The translations under genes were made by a program, and so were the position numbers. The notes under the pieces were generated by a model. The model had not been told where the DNA came from. It saw nothing but the letters and a program-made list of their open reading frames with translations, and searched no databases. From the NCBI RefSeq assembly GCF_002113885.1, contig NW_018407191.1:458744-522743 (forward strand): 64,000 bases of DNA. Direction: 5' to 3'. This stretch comes from Mizuhopecten yessoensis. Its lineage: Eukaryota. This document shows, one piece after another, positions 52,991 through 63,856 of the stretch; the first letter of the stretch is position 1, and every line of letters starts with the position of its first letter.

Positions 52991-53032
52991 CTATGCTATA
53001 TTTCCAAAATATTAGCTAGAACAGTTAACAAG
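52991..53032 (+). other. Candidate 42-nt 5' UTR exon carrying a uORF (MLYFQNIS*, 52993-53019)
   Basis: TTTTTTGTTATTTCAG| acceptor and AAG|GTAATT donor. Confidence 0.5.
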
Positions 53033-53815
53033 GTAATTGGGGAAAATGTAAACAACAGTTCATATATGTTTGATATGTGATTCTGATTAAATGAGGCATG
53101 TAGTTTTGTAAAGTCAAATAAAAGTCAAACGAGGGGAAATCCATTATTACACAACGTGTTGTTATATTGTCACACAAAACGAGAGGGTCTGTATGTTATG
53201 ATGTTTAAGTGATAGGTATATCCCTTAGGACTTGCATACTTCATTTTGAAAAATGAATAACGTTGCTCATATAATCCACCAATATCTACATAAGACTTTT
53301 GAATTATTTAGTGATGTGAAAAGATTTGGTGTATTTATCGGACAGCAAGTTGTTAGCATTTGCATGTATTGTGCTCATCTCCTTATCTGGTGATATATTT
53401 TAACATTAAAAACAAACAATGATACCAGTTTAGCATACCAGGTAGTAAAATTAAACAGTGCTATATATAGAGGTAGGTTATAAGCTGACACGCCGGTGTT
53501 ATGAATCTTCAGTATTGTTTGAATAATGCTGGCAGTCTTCAAGTTCGGCTTTACTGCATACGAGTTTTGTTTTTTTACAGGTTATTGCTTCAGCCAACCT
53601 ATTTCCATCCAGACACTTTGATAGTTTTGTTATTTTTTCCGCTCCTTTAATATTCCGATGACGACATTCAAGTCTACACTATTATGTACCACCATCCGTA
53701 CAGCATTTATCTATCTATTCACAAATAATTGCCACATTAAATTGAATACAGAAATAATTTATTAATTTTAAAGAAGACATTGTCTTTATTGGTTGTACAC
53801 TTTTTTTTAAAGAAA

Positions 53816-53902
53816 ATGACGGATAACGATATGCTGATTGTTGATGCAAGGCTTTCCCATTCAAACTACATCAAACGAGAGATTGCTTACCAGGCAGAAC
53901 TG
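53816..53902 (+). CDS. ODC-like coding exon 1
   Basis: AAA-ATG; MTDNDMLIVDARLSHSNYIKREIAYQAEL; donor CTG|GTAAGA. Confidence 0.75.
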
Positions 53903-56900
53903 GTAAGATTATCTAATTTTGAATGTTGTTGGCGATTCAACTTTCTAACAGACAAAACTTTTTGTCGAGAGCTTTCATGCCATCATAACGTGTAAAAAAT
54001 ATCAACATCCCTTTCTTCTCATTTCTTCTATTTTGATGTTTCCATCAATTAAGGCAATTTTTGCTGCACCATTTTGCAATATAAGCGTTTCACAAACACG
54101 TTTATGCTGTAATTTTTTCGTGGTTATTTGACATATATTTACCCATTCATTTATGATTTTAGTTTGGTGCTTTTACCTTATTACCATAACTAGACAGAAA
54201 ATAGAAATGTTGACCAAATCCTAACGGCTGCTTCATAGATATCATTGTACCTTAGATTCGTTCGTGTACTATTCGTATAAAATACATGATTTATTTAATA
54301 CAGGGTATAGACGATCCTCTGGTTATCGTTGATATTGACGAGGTGGTGGAGAGGTACAGAAAATGGTACCATTTGCTTCCAAGGGTAGTGCTATTCTATG
54401 TTAACGTTATATTTATCAATACCTGTTTCTTTATATTAAACATGTAATGCGAGTTTCGGCTTGTTTCTATTTTGAACATTTTTTTGACACATTTCCAACA
54501 AATTATTCATGATAGAAAACAGTTTTTCATATTACGCAAAATTTAATATTCCTACCAACGAGGCGAGCAATGGACATGTGGACTTTGCAGAAAGTCACAG
54601 CTGATTCGATATAATTTCCATGACAAGGAAATGTTATATGCGATTCTTTCAAAAACCCGTTTGTATTTCTATCCCAATAGCATTGAAGTGCAACAATGAT
54701 GAAAAAATAGTTGACGTCCTTGTAAGACTAGGGAGCAGTTTTGACTGTGCGAGCAAGGTATGCGCTTCTTCCAATCATCCTGTACAAAATACGAGTTCGA
54801 ATCGATCGTATTTGTATAAGTTCTTACAACCTAATCCAAATAATCCAGTCTTTTCTCAATCCCTTTTTTATGCAGATATGCTTAACATTGTTTCGACAGT
54901 TCCCTATACAAATTATCCCAGTCAGGCGATACTTAGGAACTAAGTGTTGGCAGGCATGAGAAGAATTAAGATAACACTCAGAAATTGGCGGTGTGATTCA
55001 TTCACAATTTCTAAAAAAATAAATATAAGTAAACTATCTTCATAACGCCACCGTCATTATTATTTCATTACTCTGAAGGAAAACAAATCAAAAGATAAGC
55101 GATAAGCAGTGATTCCATTTAAACTAAAATGTCATTTTTGAAAGGAAAAAGAAGCTTCGTTTAAATCGAGGTGATATATATATATATATATATATATATG
55201 TGAAATGATCATATCTTTTGTTCTTCCAAGTAGGCTGAAATAAAGCAGGTGTTAGACCTAGGAGTCGATCCGTCACGCATCATATACGCCAACCCATGTA
55301 AACAAAACGCACATCTTCCTTTCGCCAAGAAACACAATGTAGACCTGATGACCTTTGACAGCGAGGAGGAATTGATCAAGATCAAAATGTTGTATAGATC
55401 AGCAAGGTTAGTTTCATAAATGACATTGGTGAGGTACCGTCAGTGTGATTCTTTAAGGGAACTTAATTTTCGCAGTAAGGACAAGTCTGTTAATTCGACA
55501 ACAAAGCAGTCATTTGCAGTAATGAAATATCATCTATGATAATGAATGTATCAAGACTTCCATTTAAACACTTCATATGATTTCAAGGCATTCACGAAAC
55601 TAAAAATGCGCAAAATGAATAGTTGGGTGCGACATGTTAAATATCTATATATGGTATTAATCTTGAAGCCTGGCGTTATATTACAGATTACTGTTGAGAT
55701 TTAGGCCAAATCACATGTGTACCGTCATGTATGACCTAGGGAAGAAGTTCGGTTGTGTCTTTGTAGAGGCCCTGGATTTGTTTATATCGGCAAAGAACAA
55801 AGGGTTGAACGTCATTGGTGTGAGGTGAGAGATATAAATGCAAATTTGACAAGTTAAATCAAATATATCTTCAGACGTTATCATATAGAATAACTTGTTA
55901 AATAATTTACCTAAATTAGTCATTTAAATATGCCTGTCGGCAGTAGAACGCGAAGATTTAGAACGCTCCATATCTCAACATTATTTCGGAGAAATGTGAG
56001 ACAGTCAAAATTGTGACTAGTTCGTGTGTCGTTTTAGTTTCCATGTTGGAAGTGACTGTCTCAGTTCCGACGCATTTGCTTTTGCAATCAAAGAAGCACG
56101 GAGAATATTTGACATGGGACAACAGGTCGGATTTGATATGAACGTCCTTGACATTGGAGGTGGATACCGAGGCCGAGATGTTGATCATCCGACCATAGAA
56201 GAGGTATAGTCCTTGAACTCGTTGCAGAAATATATATTTGCTCATGGTAATATAATCGGAAAACTAATACTGGAAGCCAGGGTTTTTATTACTTAGTTGA
56301 CATTGTGTGTTTATTTTCATGTGTTTTATAGACAAGTCTTACTCAATAGATATTATTTTAATGTTTGGTTTCAAGAATGAACCTTTCCACAGTAATCTTT
56401 ACCTTAACTGTGCAAACCGTATAAAAGATTCCCAATAAAAAATAATAAGAACTTAACGATACAACTTTCTTGCACATGTAAACCCGCCTGATAACATGTT
56501 CATACTTGTCACACAGACACTGTATTTCCATTCATTTATCATCTTTACGTAAGAATGCAGACATCATAAACCAGTGCCTTGATGAGTATTTCCCTGCAGC
56601 AGAAGGAGTAAAAATAATCGCCGAACCAGGACGTTACCTTGTAGAAACTGCTGTCAGCGCTGCAGCCAATATCATAGGCCGGAGGTTTGTCTATGACCAG
56701 GGTATGTGTAGAGCATACAAATGTAAATGTGTTATACGTTTCGCAGATTAACACCGACTGTAAATCGAGTTGGAAATGTACGATTAAATGCGTTAGGACT
56801 AATGCGTTGTTAATGAACAGTTATATAAACGGAGATAATTAGTATTGGTAGTTATGGCAGAGAGCATAAAATCACCCCGAACAGCCTTTAAATGTCGTCT

Positions 56901-59746
56901 TGTGCTTACATCTTCCTCGAATGTATCTCTGGTAATTTAATATTCTGATTAAATTTGCTTTTGATTTCAGACAAAAAACGTATTGAACATGTTTTGTACA
57001 ACATAAATGATGGGATATATGGATCTGTGAGTAGAGTGAACGATGGCACAAAGGTACTCGTGATATCACCGGTTCTAAACAAGGTTTGTATACCGATCAT
57101 AGTAATCGTATATCATCTAACCCTAACCCTAACCCTAACACAGAATGTATTGCATAATATGAAAAGGCAAAGCCTTAAAAGAGCGTACCTTTTGTTGATC
57201 TCTGATATTTACTGATTCAGAATACAACTTTCAGAATAAGATAAGATAAACTTTATTTAAAGTCGGCTAGTCGAGGAATAACAATAAAACACAAGATCTA
57301 ATGAGATTAAGACCGAAATAACAATAGGGAGACCGGGGCAAGTTCGGCCTTTTTTGTTTGTTTATTAAATTCCGTTCTAGGAAGTATGGCAGCACGTCCG
57401 TTTTTGAACATTATTTAACGATAGGATGGCCGAACGAGCCCCGCCATGGGGTAAGTTCGGACAGGCATTCGGGTAAGTTCGGCCCCCATTGGAATCAGTT
57501 TAATTATGACGTCATAAACCATGCAACGTCGGACTTTGTATATGTTTTAAAACTACATGGGCCGACCTCGCAACGGTTTTATTAGTCGAACTTGTTCGGG
57601 CCCAAATTGATATTTCAGTAAATTCTTATCGTACAGCAGTATGGTAGCGTTTTTTCCGTCGTTGAATGCCCAGCCAACTAAACTGCTAAGATCCTTAAAC
57701 TTGTAAATATTAGCTCAAAAACAAAAAATATCAGGGATGGCAGAACTTGCCCCGGTCTCCCGTATGTAGATATTTTATAATATTGGTGATTGGAAAAAAA
57801 TATTCACAATATAATTTTGGCATCAATGACGCCATTTTCTTCCAGTCAAAGCTAAATTAGATATTTGTTCTTGTGCTTGGGCTTGGGTATGGGTCGGGCG
57901 GCGCAGTGGATAGCGCGCTCGTCTTCACCAAGATGGCCTGATTCCATCCCGGCCACCTGCCCGACCACGCGGGTTTTCTCCGATTACTCAAGCTTCCACC
58001 CATAATAAGAATAAAACCCTCTGCGTGCTTCCGTCAGGGCACAAAAAAGAATGATTGAGATAAGCTGGGGGGAAAACTGTTTGGTAATTGCTATAGAAAA
58101 AAGTGCATTTTTCATATTTGACGATTAGTCTAAGTAAATGTATAGAGATGTAAGTTAAAAATTTAAATTAAGAAAAGAAAACATTGTAATACTTTGATGT
58201 AACTGAAATTGTCTTGATATGGATATGTAGTCTCAATTACTGTTCCATCATGAAACACCGGATTGAATTTCAAATTTTGTAACTGTCACCGAGGTTTGAC
58301 AGGTAATGATGCCAAATAAAATTACAGTTTCTATCTGTAACTAGTTATTAATCGGCACGCGTTGTGAAAAAGTAATACGTTGCTGAAAAAGGGCGTTGCA
58401 TAAATGCATTTTACATTGCTTCTTTTATGAGTGGTGATGCATAAATAATGTAAAGACTATATCCGGTCTTTCAAAAATGTCAATAATTTCGTTCATATTC
58501 TCAACAAATGAAAATCAAAAGCTGAAAAAATTCGGCACCCGAGAGCTACGCTCTTATTAGATTATAAAAGTAATATTTTAGCAAAAGACTGTTACACTCC
58601 ATTCGTCATTACAAAAGGTTCTGGTATGCCCTGATATTACACTATTCAACCAAATTAAAAATGATTTAAAAATGATAACGTTTGATCATTTTCCATAAAG
58701 CATAGCAAAACATTATTATTTCATTTACAGGCTTAACTTAACATCAAATCTAATATTCATAATAATGATAATAAACATCATCATCGTCGTCGTTGTCGTT
58801 TCATGACGTATATTTCAACTAGATTGATAAACATCAAGTATCAATACATCAATATCTAGTGCATTATGACAGGTGCCAAATGTGATGTAGGAAAGTCTCA
58901 TCCTTCTGAAATATTTAATTTTTCAATCAGATGTTTTCTTGTACATTATATTTGTTAGATACGTTTTTCGGTTTTTGTTTTCTTCTTAGTTCCCAGTCTC
59001 TTCTAATAATTTTCATGCCCGATCTTCTGCTTGTTAAGCAAAACATGTTACTCAGTGTTTGACTTTAATAATCACATTAGTATTGCCTCGGATACGGTGT
59101 GCAGAATGTGGCAGTGTTGGTACTAGTGCTGAAATGTTATAAATACAAGAAGTACATAATGAAAAAAATATACGAAAAAGAAGTATATATTGACTTTGAT
59201 TTAAGAAGTTTATCAGAAAAAAACATCTATGACTTCGCAGAGAGATTCAGTTACGCTTTCCACTTGAAGAATTTGAAATGTTCGCTATTTTGTAAAGAAA
59301 GCGGAAAAGTAGACTGAGATAGTCACGGAAATAATATTACTACGGAAGTGACGATGTATCAAGTACTTCCTTTTTATCTCTAGGCGATGGCAGAAAAGCA
59401 CAACAGTACTCTGTGGGGGCCAACATGTGATTCCACGGATTGCCTAGCAACAGACATCCCTTTACCATTAATGGAGGTGGGAGAATGGGTACATATCAGT
59501 TATGTAGGAGCCTACTCGTTATGCCGGGCCACCAACTTTAACAGCATGCCACGACCAAAGCTGTATTACTTCTGTTCACGTCACACTTGGTATGTATTTC
59601 GTTTGCCCCAACTCAAATAGTTATTTTATATATTCGACAAATTTATAATTCAACTTCTTTAGCAGGAAAGGATTTCATTTTTCTATTGTTTATATGATAT
59701 CTTCATTCACTGCAGGGCATCCTTACAAAACCTGATGGATCATTGA
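53816..59746 (+). CDS. ODC1: Ornithine decarboxylase-like protein (PLP fold-type III decarboxylase), 411 aa, 10 coding exons: 53816-53902, 54304-54400, 54681-54757, 55234-55406, 55687-55824, 56038-56203, 56554-56701, 56971-57083, 59384-59589, 59716-59746
   Basis: Motifs FYALKCN (PLP Lys), FDCASK, IIYANPCK, MTFDSEEEL, KFG, SFHVGS, LDIGGG, AEPGRY, NDGIYGS, WGPTCD, GAY and FN. All intron phases agree. All introns are GT-AG except intron 2. Divergent paralogue, so orthology to ODC1 is not established. Confidence 0.93.
54304..54400 (+). CDS. ODC-like coding exon 2
   Basis: GIDDPLVIVDIDEVVERYRKWYHLLPRVVLFY+G; the donor is non-canonical (G|TTAAC). Confidence 0.85.
54681..54757 (+). CDS. ODC-like coding exon 3 (PLP-binding Lys)
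   Basis: (A)LKCNNDEKIVDVLVRLGSSFDCASK; donor AAG|GTATGC. Confidence 0.92.
55174..55199. repeat. (TA)n microsatellite in ODC-like intron 3
   Basis: About 13 AT units. Confidence 0.9.
55234..55406 (+). CDS. ODC-like coding exon 4
   Basis: AEIKQVLDLGVDPSRIIYANPCKQNAHLPFAKKHNVDLMTFDSEEELIKIKMLYRSA; donor AG|GTTAGT. Confidence 0.93.
55687..55824 (+). CDS. ODC-like coding exon 5
   Basis: (R)LLLRFRPNHMCTVMYDLGKKFGCVFVEALDLFISAKNKGLNVIGV(S); donor AG|GTGAGA. Confidence 0.92.
56038..56203 (+). CDS. ODC-like coding exon 6
   Basis: FHVGSDCLSS...LDIGGGYRGRDVDHPTIEE; donor GAG|GTATAG. Confidence 0.93.
56554..56701 (+). CDS. ODC-like coding exon 7
   Basis: NADIINQCLDEYFPAAEGVKIIAEPGRYLVETAVSAAANIIGRRFVYDQ; AAG acceptor; donor G|GTATGT. 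Confidence 0.88.
56971..57083 (+). CDS. ODC-like coding exon 8 (specificity element)
   Basis: (D)KKRIEHVLYNINDGIYGSVSRVNDGTKVLVISPVLNK; donor AAG|GTTTGT. Confidence 0.9.
57327..57761. mobile_element. Tc1/mariner-pogo-type MITE in ODC-like intron 8
   Basis: TIRs GGGAGACCGGGGCAAGTTC (57327-57345) / GAACTTGCCCCGGTCTCCC (57743-57761); TA on both sides (one extra G on the right); internal AAGTTCGG subrepeats. Confidence 0.85.
57891..58110 (+). mobile_element. Decayed V-domain SINE in ODC-like intron 8
   Basis: GGCGCAGTGGATAGCGCGCTCGTCTTCACCAAG head and CACCTGCCCGACCACGCGGGTTTTCTCCG core. Confidence 0.7.
59384..59589 (+). CDS. ODC-like coding exon 9 (catalytic Cys-Asp)
   Basis: AMAEKHNSTLWGPTCDSTDC...GAYSLCRATNFNSMPRPKLYYFCSRHT; donor TG|GTATGT. 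Confidence 0.93.
59716..59746 (+). CDS. ODC-like terminal coding exon
   Basis: TGCAG| acceptor in phase 2; (W)ASLQNLMDH*; AATAAA at 59824 and 59867. Confidence 0.75.
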
Positions 59747-59823
59747 ACTTGAGCTAGAACAGCCGTCATCAGATTAGAACAGTAAAACTTGTAAGTGTTC
59801 TTACTTTCTCAGACGATTAATGT

Positions 59824-59829
59824 AATAAA
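59824..59829 (+). terminator. Candidate polyadenylation signal of the ODC-like gene
   Basis: First AATAAA after the stop at 59744-59746. Confidence 0.45.
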
Positions 59830-60583
59830 GTGTACCATCAAATTTAAAAAATATTTTGTCGTTCTCAATAAAATGAATGACTATTTATAAGAATTTTTTT
59901 TTCACATGTTGTCATGCAATTACCGATGTAATAAAATTTCAAATATTATTATTGAAATCGAAAAGAGTATGCAAGGGTTCGAATTACAGTACCTAGCCTA
60001 CCATTAACCAATCTTACAGTGGTTACACAAGTTCAGCATCAGAACGAGTGCTCAATTTATGGGGCGCAGAGCATCTAAAACACTTCACCGGGTAGGTAAC
60101 TCTACGCTAGAAAAACAGCGTTTGGTTGTTTCGTCTTTTGTGGAGTAAAACAAAAACTCTATGTGAAACTCTTATTATGACTGATTCAGTGATACCATAG
60201 AAAGAAATTCTACAAATCTGTTGAATTTTAAAACGATAATGTTCATTATTTCTAACTATGGGTATCAATGATGAAGAAATGTAGGTGGTTGTGAGATCAT
60301 TGTGCATTTCATAAATTAGTTGCGTTAGCGCCTTTTTGTTCTTTCAGCAATATCCTTAGTCCCAGTCTCAAAATATAAAATAAATAATTAGTTGTATGAT
60401 GCAAATAGCGATATGAAATAATGCGGAAAGCTTCAAGTTAACTTAAAATTTCTTTTTATTTTATTTAGGTACATATGACCAGGGCTTACAATGCTGCCGT
60501 TTTGGTTTTGCGGAATGCTTTTCTTTAGGCTACATTGGTTTCAGCTTAATTTTTTAAGGGGTTCATATTTCTCCTTCTGTTTT

Positions 60584-60619
<36 letters not shown>

Positions 60620-62917
60620 NTTTTCTGTTCGTATCAACTTATGGTCTCATTTTGTCCTCCTGTGTTCGGTTTTTGCGATACATTACGATTCCATTTTTTT
60701 CATATAGTTTTGTAATGATGTGATCATTGTTGCCATACATTTGTAAATGTCAAGATATAGAACTGACTGTCTTATTGTCAAGGGGAAAATACCGCCATTA
60801 TGGAATCATTTAAGTAATATATGCGAACGCTAAATTAAAGTGTAGAGCAAGCATCTTACTGTAATCTTTATTAAAAATTGTATATTCAACTTATAAAAAT
60901 TCAAAATTATCATTACGAATTTTGTCAAGTACATGTAGCTGCTCAGTCATTCTAGAAAAAAATGTCAATGTGATCTCAGTAAATCATGTCTCAGATATAG
61001 CCTGTCTTTTGTACATTTAGATGCATGTGTAAGTGGTGTTTATTCTGAAATGCTCTCTGGCGTGTTTAAATATTTATCGACGACAAATAAAATGAAACAC
61101 ACATTTTTTGGCAACATTTCGACATTTTATTTTGACATGCTGGTGACATATTAAAGACAGGTAACAACATCACAATACACAGATATGTTAATAAAGATAT
61201 AGTCTTCACAACTGTTACTAGCCATCAATTGATTCACCAGGACTAGCCTAAAAATAATCATAACTTATTTCATATTCTGCCATTAAATTTTAGGAGGGAT
61301 TGCATAATTTAGACCGTTTTTATGTGAGCAAAACATTCATATAAAAGCAATACTGCATATCTTCGAACAGGTGTGTCATTCGCAGGTAAATTTGACCTAC
61401 GTGTGCGCATAGCTGTTTCATATCATATTTATTCGAAAAACACGATTCATGAGAATCTTTTGCGAACAGGAAAATAACATATTTACCTACAAGCATGGTC
61501 CAGTTAATAGCTACTAAATGCAAAGTCGCACTTTTTTGAAAGGGAAATAATTCTATTATACTTTCCTCAATTATACAACCTGTCAAATAAAAAAGCCATA
61601 TATGAAATATTTATCATCGGAATTGAAAATCATAATCAAATAATATTAAGTTCACACTCAATAATGTATTTTATATGATTAATTTTTTCATAATAATTCA
61701 CCATGTTTTAAATATTTAAATACCCGTGAAAAGAAATTAATATAAAACAAATCCAAAATTATACAGAATACAAAAGTGTGAAAATCATTTTACATCAATC
61801 TTATGGAACTATCTATGTAAAAGTTGCGTTAAAACAACAACTTGCCTGCTAAGTATTACTGAAATAATGTCACGAACTCTACAACCAGAACAAATATAAC
61901 AGGAATGTTATTCACTGGCGACAGTATGACGTCTATGTAACAGTTAAGTATACACTGCTCGGAGATGTTAACAACATTTTCGCAAGAAAACAATGAAGCA
62001 TAATAGGAGAGCATTTACACATTTTGATTGACAATCTCAACATGACAAGGAACAGTAATGGTAAGCATCTATATATTTATACATTTTCCACAAAGGATTA
62101 TAAACAATATAAGAATAATAAAATATATCAAAATGCATAGATGAAATGATTCCTTCAAAGCACTGATTTACTATATGTAGACAAACAACACGAGGAGAAT
62201 ATTGCATGTACAAACCAACACATAGTGAGCCTATCGATCAATACTTGTTCTCTCTCTGAATTTACATATTCTTTAATTTATTACAAAAAACAATCTATAA
62301 TTAGTAAAAGCTCGTTAATCAAGAAATTCTCCTCAGATAATGAATGTAAGCCATGATCCACAAAAGCCGTGTTTCGTTTATCTATAAATTAACTACAGAT
62401 TTTTTCGCTTGGAACCGGAGTGTCCAGATTAACCAAGTCCATCAGTATTCTATAAACAAAAGTACCAGCTATATACATGTGGTACAATGTTTTACGTATA
62501 TTTTCTTCACAAGCTGTTGTTGGTTTTCCTGATTGTATCTAATGTGATCGTTACGAGGTACGAGACAATTTCCACAATAATATTCAAATAATAACCTATT
62601 TTAAATATGGAAACTTAATATTTTATAAGTCAAGAAAACCTTTTGAATTCCATAATGTATCTATCGATATGTACCTACATATATTTTATGTTCATATCTT
62701 ATCATAAATTGTAACAGATTTTTTAACATACAATCAACAATATGTATAATAATTACTAAACAGACAACATCTTTAAATCACACATTCTTGGTTTTTTTCT
62801 TCATAAAAAGTATTTGCATTCGGAATTTCGTTAAGGATTTCTCATCCGGTAAAACCTTGATTTCATCTGGAACAGCCAACGACTTATTTTATTACAAAAC
62901 CCCGATGGCTAGCATGG

Positions 62918-62944
62918 CTATATATATATATATATATATATATA
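62918..62944. repeat. (TA)n microsatellite
   Basis: About 13 TA units. Confidence 0.9.
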
Positions 62945-63523
62945 GTGAAATAGTGCAGAGTGCATGACTACTTCTGGCTTTTTTAGTGCGTATTTCAATA
63001 ATATTGCGCAAATTTCAATTTTTGGAAGGATTAGGGATAACAATTAGCATACAAATGTTATTATACAACATTCTGATATGAAATTAAAGAATTACTTGCA
63101 TAATTCCTGCAAACCAAAAGAGGCACATGCATTATTCCTGCAAACCAAAAGAGGCGACTAAGTGTGGACCCCCTGCTGTGACTGTTAGATCCATCGCAGT
63201 ATTGAGAGGCGACTAATGAGATATTCCGTAGCAAATTGGAGATTTTTTCATATTTACCGGGCCAGATTTCCACAGGCACATGTTCCACGTTTTTGATATC
63301 TCTCGTTGACTCACTTTATATGACAGTGTATCTTGCGCAAGAATAGGTCCTCTACATCAGCGTTCCTTGTCTGCGATGCTCTCAGCTTAATTGCTGCCTT
63401 CGGCTGTCTTTAGCCGAGGGGACTTTTTTTATATATATAATAGCTATATTTTCAATTATAGTATATCATTTCTATCTTCTTTTAATATGATGTATATGTA
63501 CATGTAACTGTTCTGTTTCACTG

Positions 63524-63562
63524 TGTCTTGAAAAAGCAGCGGTACGCTCCGAAAATTTGACA
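63524..63562 (+). ncRNA. Minimal type I hammerhead-like motif of the Penelope pLTR kind
   Basis: TGTC-TTGAAAA-AGCAGCG GTA CGCTCC-GAAA-ATTT-GACA: stem I TGTC/GACA, U3/A8 core variant, stem II AGCG/CGCT, palindromic AAATTT. Confidence 0.5.
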
Positions 63563-63856
63563 ACCTAAACTTGTCCACACTGTTGGAATTACTTCTTTGC
63601 CCCTACGGACATACCTCCATTAGGATCCAGTGTTATATGGGATTTTTACCGTCTATATTACTTCTTTGACCCCAAACTGTTCATATATGTATATATATTA
63701 ATTATAATCAGAACAAAGATACATGAAGTGAACAAATTTCATTCCCAACAGAAACAGAACTAACTGTTGATCTGTAAACAAATCACTTTTACAACACAGT
63801 CCCTTTGTTCCATAATAACGCATTCACAGACCTGTGAAGATTGACCTAAATAAAGT

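Noticed and set aside
53565-53620. Strong acceptor TTTTTTTACAG at 53580 as an extra ODC-like leader exon
   Set aside because: No good donor follows, and the region looks like decayed Penelope RT sequence.
54390-54690. Antizyme-like +1 frameshift or U12 intron explaining ODC-like intron 2
   Set aside because: The canonically spliced mRNA (TAT CAT TGA) would need a -1 shift and has no slippery heptamer. The donor does not match the U12 RTATCCT consensus.
61320-61586. 88-aa minus-strand ORF
   Set aside because: At most a faint L1/Tx1 C-terminal remnant; no support as a host gene.
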